The notes below the pieces were generated by a model. It was not told where the DNA came from. It did no database searches and saw only the letters and a program-made list of their open reading frames with translations. 64,000 nucleotides of DNA from Histomonas meleagridis 2922-C6/04-290x. Its lineage: Eukaryota; Protista; Parabasalia. Within the stretch, counting starts at the first letter, position 1; the number at the start of each line of letters is the position of its first letter. Shown here piece by piece: positions 33,641 through 44,701 of the stretch. A program made the position numbers and the translations under genes. The stretch is taken from positions 248,001-312,000 of the forward strand of contig JAANOX010000271.1 of assembly GCA_020184695.1 (NCBI GenBank), in the 5' to 3' direction.

Positions 33641-36600
33641 ATGGAAGAAGAAAAATATCTTATTTCATTTGAGGAAATTATTTTTAGTCTCAATGCTGAA
33701 AATATCGAAATTTCTGCTAAATCAACATTTAATCTTTTTGACCCTAATTATAAAGATTCATTTTTCATTATTATTTCCCATCTTGTTTATTATTCTTTTT
33801 TATCACAAAAGAAAGAATTAAGTATATTCATATCTTATTTAAACATATTAGAATCATATTTGATAAAAGAGAATTTAATAAATAAAAACCAAATATTAAA
33901 TTCATTGGCCTCTACACTTTGTTCACAAAAAACAAAAGAATCAAATTATTTTCTCGAAATGATGGCAGAACAAAATTTGATAGATATAAGCTATGACAAA
34001 CAAAAGGAGTCATTACTTTTCTCCCATCACGAGACCGAAAAATCATGTTTTCGAGGACCATTACACAATGAATATAATCAAGATTTCTTTGATAACATTA
34101 ATGAGTTGAAGAAAGATGATTGGGCACTTCATAAGAAATATGTTAAAGAAGGACATAATCCAAATGAAATTGCGAAAATAATTCGAAATGATGATATTGA
34201 AAAACTTCAAGAAATATCATCACAAACAAATTTTGATTTTGATCAAATAATAAAACCATCACTTTATGAAAGTTGTGAATTTATTAATCAAAAAGATGTT
34301 TCATTAATTGATTATGCAGCATTTTTTTCTTCAGTTAAATGTTTTAAATATTTACTTATGAATAATGCAAAATTAGATAACACAGGAAAATATGCAGTTG
34401 CAGGTGGAAATGAAGAAATAATTCATTTATGTGAACAAAATCATTCATCATTTAAAGGTGCATATGAAGCAGCAATTAAGTTTCATCATAATGATATCTT
34501 TAAATATATTTATGAAAAGAAAATTGAAAAAAAGAATGAAGACAATAAACCTATGCAACCAAAGAAAGGGAATTTCTCCAATTTTGGACCTGTAAATAAT
34601 TTCTTTCTTTTTCCACCTAAAAATGAAAACAAAACAATTAGTTTAATTGATTTAGGAGTTTTTAGTATTAAATATTATAACTTTAAGGCTCTTTCATATT
34701 TAGAAGAAAAAGGATTAAAAGCAAATGAGCTTATTTTGACAACAACTGTAAGTCAATGTAATTTTTATCTTTTTAAGCGTTATTATAATACTGATTTATT
34801 ACCAATAAATATATTAATAGAAGCTGGTAATTCTGGAAATATTGATATTGTAAAATATATTGTTGAGAATAGTGATATTGATATTAATCATCAAGATATT
34901 AATATAATTTAATTGAAGTATAATTCTATTTTTTATGGTTTTATTTTATTAATTGGAATTTATTTTAATGATTCCGTACGATTTTAATGAATGCATGTAT
35001 GAATAATCAATTAAATTTATTTAAATACATTATAGAACAAAAAGATGTTGATATTAATGTAATTGATATTTTATATGTTTTATTAAAGTTTGTTTTTTGT
35101 TGTTGCAGTTTTTCTAAAATAATTAATATTTCTTTTTAATATTTAATACACTTTTAATTTGGGCATCTTATTCTGGTGCAATTGAAATGGTTAAAATACT
35201 TTTGTCAAAAGGATTAGATGTCAATGCAAAAGATATTAATTAAAATGTTTCAATGTTTTGGTAAATTATATTATGTTTAATGTAAATATTTGGAAATTAT
35301 TAATAATATTTAATACACCTCTCATATGTGCTTGTAGATTTAATCATAAAGAAATTGTTGAACTACTCCTTGAAACTGAAGGAATTGATATAAATGCTAA
35401 AAATATACATTTTTTAATAAGTATTTTTCATTATATTATTATATGTTAAAATTAAATTTTTGGAATTACTTTATTTAATTTGATACAGTGCTTTCATATG
35501 CTTGTAAAAATAGTTTTATTGATATGATACAAATTCTCCTTAAACAGAAGGGAATTGATGTAAATACAAAAGATATTAACCTTTCTTATTTAATTATGTT
35601 TTAAAATATTTTTTGGAGTTGTTTTTGTTGGTATTTTACTCCACTTTTATATTCAGTTCAAAAAGGGCTTTATGAAGCTGTGAAATTACTTCTTCAAAAA
35701 GATGATATTGATGTTAATGCAACAGATATTTTTTAAATTTTTTCAATGTTTTTATATTATATTAACTATTTAAAATAAATATTTGGAATTCCATAAATAT
35801 ATTTCAATCTGCTTATGCTTATGCACTTAATCATTTTCCTGATGATATGCTTAATATACTTGAACAAAAAGAAATCGATTACACTTTAAGAAACAATTTT
35901 TGTTATAATATTAAGTTGTTTTTAAAACAATTTTGGAAATCATTTTAATCGTTTCTAACATTCTCTATGATTGCATGTTATTCACACAAATATGAATTTA
36001 TTAAAAATCTCATGAAGAAAGAAGGCTTTGAAAATCCAAAAGATGTTTAATCATTATACTTAATGTTTGTTTTATTAATATTATGATTCATATTAATATT
36101 TGGTATTTATTTACATGTTTTAATACTTTATTAATGATTGCTTGTCAAGAATTCAATATTGATCTTGTTAAATCATTACTTGAAAATCATAATTTCGATA
36201 TAAATGAGAAAAATATTTTTATGTTTTATTTTGTTTATGTTTTTATGATTTTATGTTAATTTCTTTTTAATGGAATTTATTTCATCAATTTGAAACACCA
36301 TTAATTATAGCAATTAATTGTTTTTCACCTAATAAACATTTTGAACTTGTAAATTTCCTTCTTCAACAAAAAGGAATTGATGTAAATGCTCAAGATGTTA
36401 ATTTTTGCTTTTTGCTGTTTGTTATTCTTTTTTAAAGTCTGATATTTATATTTGGAATATCTTCATTTTATTTAATACTGCTCTAATTTATTCATGTATA
36501 TATGGTAGATTTGATGTCATCAAATTACTTTTAAAATATGATGGAATTAATGTAAATATTAGAAATAAAATAAGTTTAAATGTTTCAAAGTTTTCAAATG

Positions 36601-39083
36601 TTGTTTGAAATTTATTATAAATTCATGAAACAGCATTTAGTGCATTGCAAAAGCTAAGACATAGAGATAAACAGGAGGTTGCTGCTGTTTTGGATATGTT
36701 TTTAGAAAGAAAAGACTTTGATTTTAATACAATTGATATTAATTTGTTTTATTTGATATTTTATTTGTTTATTTCATGTATCAAATTAATATTTGGAATT
36801 GATTTTAAGTATTTAATACACAATTAATGATGGCTTGTAAAAATGGTGATATTAAACTTATTAAGTTATTACTAGAAAGAAAAGATACTGATCTTAATGC
36901 ACAAAATATTTTTAAAATTATTTCAAAATTCATTAAAATTGTTTGAAGTTTTAATTAAGTATTTGGCGTTTATTAAGTTTATTTAATACAGCACTTCTAA
37001 TTGCATGTCAAAATAAATCAACAGATATTGCACAATTGCTTTTAGAACAAAAAGGTATTGATACAAATATAATTAATGTTTTTAAGCTTTATAAAATGTT
37101 TTATTGTGATGTTTTTTGTTTTCAAAAAATATTTGGATTTTATATTAATTTTTTGCCACAGCTTTGTTATGTGCTTGCAATAATGGTTTAGAAAACATAT
37201 GTAAAATTCTTATTGAACGAAAAGGAACTGATATTAATGCAAGAAATATAAATTTGTTTTATTTAAAATTTATTTTAATAATATAATATTTTAAAATAAC
37301 ATTTGGAAATTATTTAAATTATTTGAAACAGCACTTATGAAAGCATCTGATTGTGGTAACTTAGAAATAGTTAAATTACTTCTTGAACAAAAAGGAATTG
37401 ATATTAATGCTAAAGATATTTATATGATTTATTTAATATATATCCTAATGATTTAATATATTAAAATAATATTTAGAAATTATTTAAATTATTACGAACT
37501 GCACTTATATGGGCATCATTTAAATGTCATATAGAAATAGTTAAATTACTTCTTGAACAAGAGGGAATTGATATTAATGGTAGTACTATAATTTATTTTA
37601 ATAATTTTTTATTTCAAAATAATATTTGGAAATTATTTAAATTGTTTGAAACGGCACTTATATGTGCATTAAAAAATGGTCATACAGAAATAGTTAAATT
37701 ACTTCTTGAACAAGAAGGAATCGATATCAATAATGAAGATTTTGATAATAAATTTTATTTTCAATTTGTTTTAATAATTTTTTATATCAAAAGAATATTT
37801 GGCGTTTATTTAATGTATTTCCTAGGCCACTTTCAATAGCAGCTCGAAGCGGTAATATAGAAATAGTTAAATTACTTCTTGAACAAGAAGGAATTGATAT
37901 TAATGCTAAAGATATTTATATGTTTTATTTAAGATTTATTTTAAAAATTTGATATTTCACTATAATATTCAGAAATTATTTAAATTATTTATGACAGCAC
38001 TTATACATGCATCAATAACTGGAAATATAGAAATAGTTAAATTACTTCTTGAACAAGAAGGAATTGATATTAATGCTAAAGATATTTGGTTGTTTTACTT
38101 AATATTTATTTTATTAATTTAATATTTCAATATAATATTCAGAAATTATATAAATTATTTAATACAGCACTTATGTGGGCATCTTATTATAGTCATGCAA
38201 AAATAGTTGAATTACTTCTTGAACAAGAAGGAATTGATATTAATGTTAGAAGTAATGTTAACATAATTTATTTTCAATTTATTTTAATAATTTGATATTT
38301 TAAAATAATATTTGGAAATTATTCAAATTACTTGAAACAGCACTTATGTTAGCATGTTGGATGGGTAGTGAAGAAATAGTTAAAATGCTTCTTAAACAAG
38401 AAGGAATTGATATCAATGAATTAGATATTTACTTGATAAATTCTTAGTTTATTTATGTATTTTTTTGTTTTAAAGATAAATTTAAAGTTTAATCAATTTT
38501 TTTAATACATGCCTTATTTTGGCAACAAGTCGTGGCAATTTAGAAATATTTAAATTACTTCTTGAACAAAAAGGAATTGATGTAAATATTAAAGATGTCT
38601 ATTTGTTTTATTTGATATTTATTTTAATAATTTCAAATTTCAAAATAATATTTGGAAATTATTTAAATTATTTGAAACTGCTCTTATTATTGCATCGACG
38701 GGATTCAAAAATAGCAAAGAATTGGTTAAAATACTTCTTGAACAAGAAGGAATTGATATTAACGCTAGAAATATTCAATTATATTGCTTAATGTTTCTTT
38801 TTATGATTTGAAAATTCAAAATAATATTCGGAATTTTTAAAAATTGTTTCAAACTGCTCTTATTAAGGCATCTAATAAAGGTAATGTAGAAACGGCTAAA
38901 TTACTTCTTGAACAAGAGGGAATCGATATTAATGCTAAAGATAATATTTATTTTCATAATATAATGTTTCGTTATAATACTTGGAATTTAATCAAAATAT
39001 TTGAAACAGCTCTTACATATGCAACTAAAAATGGTCATAATGAAATTGTTAAATTGATTAACAAAAAGTTAGAAACAAATTAA
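33641..39083 (+). CDS. DUF3447-type ankyrin protein with 25 spacer-interrupted hairpins (95 x 17-nt spacers; 1275 aa after removal)
   Basis: ORF 33641-34912 continues through 25 blocks to TAA at 39083. 5443 - 95x17 = 3828 nt = 1276 codons. Decoded hairpins have Gly at the consensus position in 19 of 25. Confidence 0.9.
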
Positions 39084-39949
39084 ACCTAATCCAAAAATAT
39101 TACAATAATATCATATAGAATGCATAAAGTTAATCTTTTTTTAAATAAAAATGATAAGATAAAATTAATTTTTCTCCAGAATATTTTAAGTGTAATAAGT
39201 TTGAATTGAACGATATAATAAACTATTCAATTTCTAAAAAAATGTAAAAATTCTTTAGAGGACCAATTTTGGAAATGCAAAACACATGATTGATTTTAAT
39301 GAATTTTCTTTTACTCCAATCCAACGATTTGAATATTCAAATAGAACAAAGACGAATTTTGTTCTGTTCCTGTCACTTTTAAATTTGAATTTAATTTTGC
39401 AGTTCAACGATATGATGAAGAACATATTTTTGACTGTTTATTATACGAGGTGGATTCAAGCATCACAAATGAGATTTTCCAGTAAAGCTGGAAGGAATAT
39501 ATATTCAAGATATGCTACATCTTTAAAGAAGATAATTGCACCAACAAATTTACAAAAATTTTTGAAAAACATTGGATATTAATAACAAATACGCGCATAT
39601 TACTATTATTTTAGTGCATGGAAATTAAATTTACTAAATATTAAATTTATACAAGAAAATCTTTATTTTTTTTATTTGATGATATCAGTTTATAAACGTT
39701 TATAAACGTTCTCGTGAAAACGTTAAAATTTTGTATTTTTCGTAAAAATACCAAATTAGATTACCATAGTGAAAATATATTCATTCCATAGGCAAACTTT
39801 TTTCTTATAATACGATACAGAAATAAATAATTATAGGATAAGATATTTTTATTTTATACCCTGGAAAGGGTCCACTTTTCCCCACAAATTTTTGATATAA
39901 ATTGAATCAAAAGTGACGAATGTTCTCAATTTTTTACCTATCTGACACC

Positions 39950-40520
39950 GAATAAACTATTCAATTAAAGATGGAAGCTCTCAAATTTTGGAAATTAATT
40001 CATGAAATGAATATGAAATATTTTTCAAAATTATATACTTGTACCCAAAATTTATCTAATTTTAAAAATTTTGTCAAGACAGATTTTTTAAATTTTGCTT
40101 ATATCAAAAGTAATCACAATGATTCCATATTTCAAAAACAGTCAATAGATTCCTCTTGATCAAAAATTATTTTATTCTTTGTTGATTTCAAGCGAGTGTG
40201 AACTTAAAAATTTGTTTTAAATTTTATTTTTTGTATGTGAAATTGGATCTCCAATATGTGATACTCAGAATGATTTCTTGGAAATTATTCAGTACCATTA
40301 AAATATATTACTATCATCATATAGATAAATTTAAAATATTCACTAAAATTTAAATATTTTTTGAAATAAAAAAGAAAAATGAATTTTAAGTTTTTGAAAC
40401 GACCGTTTATTATCAGTGGCGGTATTCTCAAATGATTGGAGAATTATCGTTTAAATTGTGTGAAAATTTATCAAATCTTACTATTGTTGTTATAATTATT
40501 TGTTGAAGTTTTTCTTATAA
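39950..40520 (-). pseudogene. Possible highly degraded protein-kinase remnant downstream of ankyrin locus C
   Basis: Broken-frame fragments such as TIVRFDKFSHNLNDNSPII*EY and SIDCF/KYGIIV weakly resemble kinase subdomains IV-V and IX. Confidence 0.25.
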
Positions 40521-40526
40521 TACACT

Positions 40527-42550
40527 TTATAATATTATTGTTTTTATGTATTTATATTTTGCTTTACGAATATGTTTGTTTTCATATGTTTGAGTGTTTA
40601 CATCAACACTTTTTGTAATTTTCTTTTTAGTATTTACTGCGAAAATTTGATCTTCAAGTTGATTTTGATTATTAGCAATATACGCTTCATTTCCATTTCT
40701 TATCGAAAATGAAGATTTGATGCTTACAAAAGAAGATTTTGATTGAAAATTTTCGTTTATACTTTTTTCACGGAGTAAATTTACTATTTCTGTGTAACCT
40801 TTTTCTTGTGCAATTTGAATTGCAGTTAAATATTATTAAAACCTATTTCAAATTATTAAAACATATTACAAATTATTAAAACATATCCAAAATTATTCAA
40901 ATGAATATTTTTTGCATTAACATCAATTCCTTCTTTATCTAAAAGTAATTTTACTATTTCTATATTATTATTTCTAACTGCTATATGAAGTGCTGTTTCA
41001 AATTATTAAAGCATATATAAAATTATTAAAACATATTCCAAATTATTAAAACATATATTAAATGATTGAAATGAATATTTTTTGCATTAACATCAATTCC
41101 TTCTTTATCTAAAAGTAATTTTACTATTTCTATATTATTATTTCTTACGGCTATATGAAGTGCTGTTTCAAATTATTAAAACATATATAAAATTATTAAA
41201 ACATATTATAAATTATTAAAACATATTCCAAATTATTGAATCATATAAAATATTATTAAAACATATTCCAAATTATGAAAACATATTCTAAATTATGAAA
41301 ACATATTCTAAATTATTCAAATGAATACCTTTTGCATTAACATCAATTTCTTTTTGTTCTAAAACATATTTCACAAGTTCACTATTTCCTGATTCTGAAG
41401 CAAATGGCAAAATATTTTTTGGAATTTGATTATTTTGAAGGAAATATTTCAAGAGAAATAAATTTCCATTTCTTGCTGATTCATTTATATTATCAGCATT
41501 TACATTAATTCCCATTTCTTCCAAAAACGCTGAAATATCATAATTATCTTTTTTGATACAAAAACTTACCAAATGATTAGTTTCATCTCCAGGCGTTTGA
41601 AGTATTTTCTTTGGTCGTATTTCTTCTAATTTGTTATCATAAATATATTTAAAGATATTATTTCGATGAAATTCTATTGAAGCTTCATATGCACCTTCAA
41701 ATGTTGAATGATTTTGTTCACATAAATGAATTATTTCTTCATTTCCACCTGCAACTGCATATTTACCTGTATTATTTACATTTGCATTATTCATAAGTAA
41801 ATATTTAAAACATTTAACTGATCCAAAAAATGCTGCATAATCAATTAATGAAACATTCTTTTGATTAATAAATGAACATCTTTCATAAAGTGATGGTTCA
41901 ATTGTTTGATTAAAATCAAAATTTATTTGTGATGATATTTCTTGAAGTTTTTCTATTTCATCATTTCGAATTATTTTCGCAATGTCATTTGGATTATGTC
42001 CTTCTTTAACATATTTCTTATGAAGTTCCCAATCATTCTTTGAAAGTTCTTCTAAATTTGGATCATTTCCAAATGCTATGTGGATTTGGTTTTCTTCTTT
42101 TGCCTGATAATGAGAAAAATATCTCGATTTAATATTTTTGGTAATATTTTTATCAATCAAATTTTGTTCAATTAGTTTCTCCATTAAATAATATGATTCT
42201 TGTGTGTTGATTTCAGTTATACGTTTGATAAAAATTGAAATTAGTTTATCGACACTTTGATTATTTTCTTCTTCTTTCGTTTGAAGTGTTTTAAAAAATT
42301 TATGTAAATATCAAATTCATGTTTTAGTGATGAAAATGCATTATAAACCATGTTACTTATAATACTATTAAATGTATAGGGATAATTTGAATCGAATAAT
42401 TCCAATACTTTTTTAATGGATGGCTGTATGTTTTTTTAAACTGAATATAGTTTTCTCAAGCTCGATTAAGAATTTCAAGCTGGTTGATAGATTATTCAAT
42501 TTTTTATCTCCTGTGTTTATTGTATTGATATCATCACTAGGCATGTGCAT
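40527..42550 (-). CDS. DUF3447-type ankyrin protein (locus C) with three spacer blocks; 5' part frameshifted
   Basis: ORF 41288-42184 plus an upstream homologous segment from ATG 42550 with homopolymer frameshifts. Blocks decode to RRGFGIYE, NGYE and WVEL before TALHIA/TAIQIA repeats. Confidence 0.7.
41167..41326 (-). repeat. 8 x 20-nt array of near-identical ATATGTTTTAATAATTT spacers with variable triplets (RRGFGIYE)
   Basis: Exactly 160 nt between GGT (41327-41329) and ACA (41164-41166). Confidence 0.9.
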
Positions 42551-43233
42551 TGGCGAAGCTGTATCCTAAAATAAAATGAAATCAAGCACACATTGTCAAT
42601 ATTTGAATACTTTCAAAATCTGAAGCGTTTATTATGATTAAAATCATTTTCCAAAAAATTCGATTTAATAATGGTCCTATAAAAGGGATAAGAAACGTGT
42701 CGTAAAATTTCTGTTAAATTTAACTTAGCAATTGGGGAAGTATTCCAGCCAACCACATAAACGGTAGTTTCAAATCAGAAAACCAATTTTTTTTCATTCT
42801 ACCTGAAATAAATTTAAAGAAATAAATAAGTGGCCATAATAATTAGGCCTAGTTTATATAGTTTTTCTCTAGTTTTCATCCTGTTTTTAAGGAAGACAAG
42901 ATTTTCAATATCTTTAGAAGAAAAAATAACTTTTCGGAAATTTGTGAGCGAGATTCATAAAAAAAATCACAAAATTAAACATTAAATAAAAATATTTTAA
43001 ACATTTCTTTAACAATACTCGTATATACTGGGTTTAGATGTGGTTAATTGGAGTCCGGACTCGCCATGGCTTAGATGATCGTTTATGTATTGTATCGTAA
43101 ATGAATTTAAATGGAAAATAAACGGTTTCGCACCAAATGCGAACTTCGATAGAACTTTTTGAAATGAGTTTCATCGTTTTAGATTCACAAATGGTAACGA
43201 TCAAATTTAAATCAATTTTCAAAGTGCGAAAAA

Positions 43234-43505
43234 ATGCCAGAAAGGGGCGGCCCAACGGTTGTATTCAAATTTGAACAATTATCATTGGTGTCTAGTCCAA
43301 CACCCCATAATGGTGATTGTGCCATATGCAGAATGCCTTTGAATGGTCCTTGCAGTGTGCATTATTACACTTTGGTCAAAGAGGTAACTGTGAAACACGT
43401 ACAGGTCGTTGCGGATGCACTTTCCATGCTGATTGTATCCAGTTAATTACTACACGATCACATTATTGTCCTCTCTGTGGGCAAAGATGGGTAACTGAAG
43501 ATTAA
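43234..43505 (+). CDS. RBX1/APC11-like RING-H2 protein, frameshifted near 43355
   Basis: CAICRMPLNGPC in one frame; C...C...GRCGCTFHADCI...CPLC in another. Confidence 0.65.
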
Positions 43506-44223
43506 GGAAAACATAAACAACAATGATATTAAATTTTGAAATTTGATTCTTTGTGAACCAAAAAACATCACCTGTGTTCAATTCTACAAACAACGACTTT
43601 ATTCGATTTAGATTTTCAGTATGTTTTTATCGCCATTATATGTGATTTATTCTGCATTTTCTTCTCATTTAGGTTAATGTGATATTTTTTTATGTTATTT
43701 ATTTGAAACCAATCTAAAGGATAAAGAAATTAATAAAAGTAATTATGAAATCATTTATGTCTATATCAATTTGATATATACCATGAAACATATTAACTTG
43801 TTGAAAATATAATTGATCAAAACTTTATTGATAAATATTTTACATAAATAATATGTCCAAAATTCATTACAAACTTTGCATCAAATCAGACTAACGATTA
43901 TATTTGGATCGAAGTAAAAATGTCGTTTATATCGAATTAATTGAAGAGGGAGCAAATTCAAATGAAATTGCTCGGATATTATTCCGTAATTATAATATCT
44001 TTTGATTATAATTACTATCAGAATTGATTTTAGGATGTGTATATGTCGTTTTTATCAAATTTAGAACCATCAAACCGCCGTTCTCAATACGTTTTGAACT
44101 TTGAGGACAACAGTACATAATCTGAAGTTCGATCACATGTTTATCAATAAATAATATGTAACCAGAATAAAAATCTTTTTGAATCTGGTAAAAATATTTA
44201 GGAATAAAACAAAAGCAAAAAGA

Positions 44224-44690
44224 AAAATATATGTAAATAATAAAACACAAAAAACAGTAAACACACTTTCATATCATATCAAATGTAATTTTGTTCATAA
44301 TTTCATACCATTCATATTTTTGTTAAAAAAAAAAAAAAAAAAAATATGTAAATAATAAAACACAAAAAACAGTAAACACACTTTCATACCATATAAAATG
44401 TAATTTTGTTCATAATGAAAAAAAAAAAAATATGTAAATAATAAAACACAAAAAACAGTAAACACACTTTCATACCATATCAAATGTAATTTTGTTCATA
44501 ATGAAAAAAAAAAAAATATGTAAATAATAAAACACAAAAAACAGTAAACACACTTTCATACCATATAAAATGTAATTTTGTTCATAATGAAAAAAAAAAA
44601 AATATGTAAATAATAAAACACAAAAAACAGTAAACACACTTTCATACCATATAAAATGTAATTTTGTTCATAATGAAAAAAACAAAAAAT
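44224..44690. repeat. Tandem repeat, 5 copies of an ~85-nt unit with a poly(A) run
   Basis: Unit tatgtaaataataaaacacaaaaaacagtaaacacactttcataccatataaaatgtaattttgttcataatg(a)n, recurring near 44230, 44345, 44430, 44515 and 44600. Confidence 0.9.
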
Positions 44691-44701
44691 TTATTACTTT
44701 T

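Noticed and set aside
37934-37990. RNA hairpin across slots 2-4 (e.g. TTTCAAAATAATATTTGGAAA) as the key signal
   Set aside because: Pairing is possible in some four-unit blocks but absent from the long arrays and locus C. Length, not complementarity, is what is conserved.
34898-38999. One conventional intron per ankyrin junction (GT-AG or AT-AC)
   Set aside because: There are no consistent GT/AG or AT/AC ends, lengths change in steps of 17 or 20 nt, and the internal triplets spell the D-x-x-G-x consensus, which single-block removal would discard.
39286-39582. 98-aa ORF downstream of the large ankyrin gene
   Set aside because: No recognisable domain; may be a remnant, but there is not enough support to call it.
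41167-41326. CRISPR array (constant repeats with variable spacers)
   Set aside because: The repeats are 17 nt and the variable parts only 3 nt, the context is eukaryotic, no cas genes are present, and the variable parts read as codons of the host gene.
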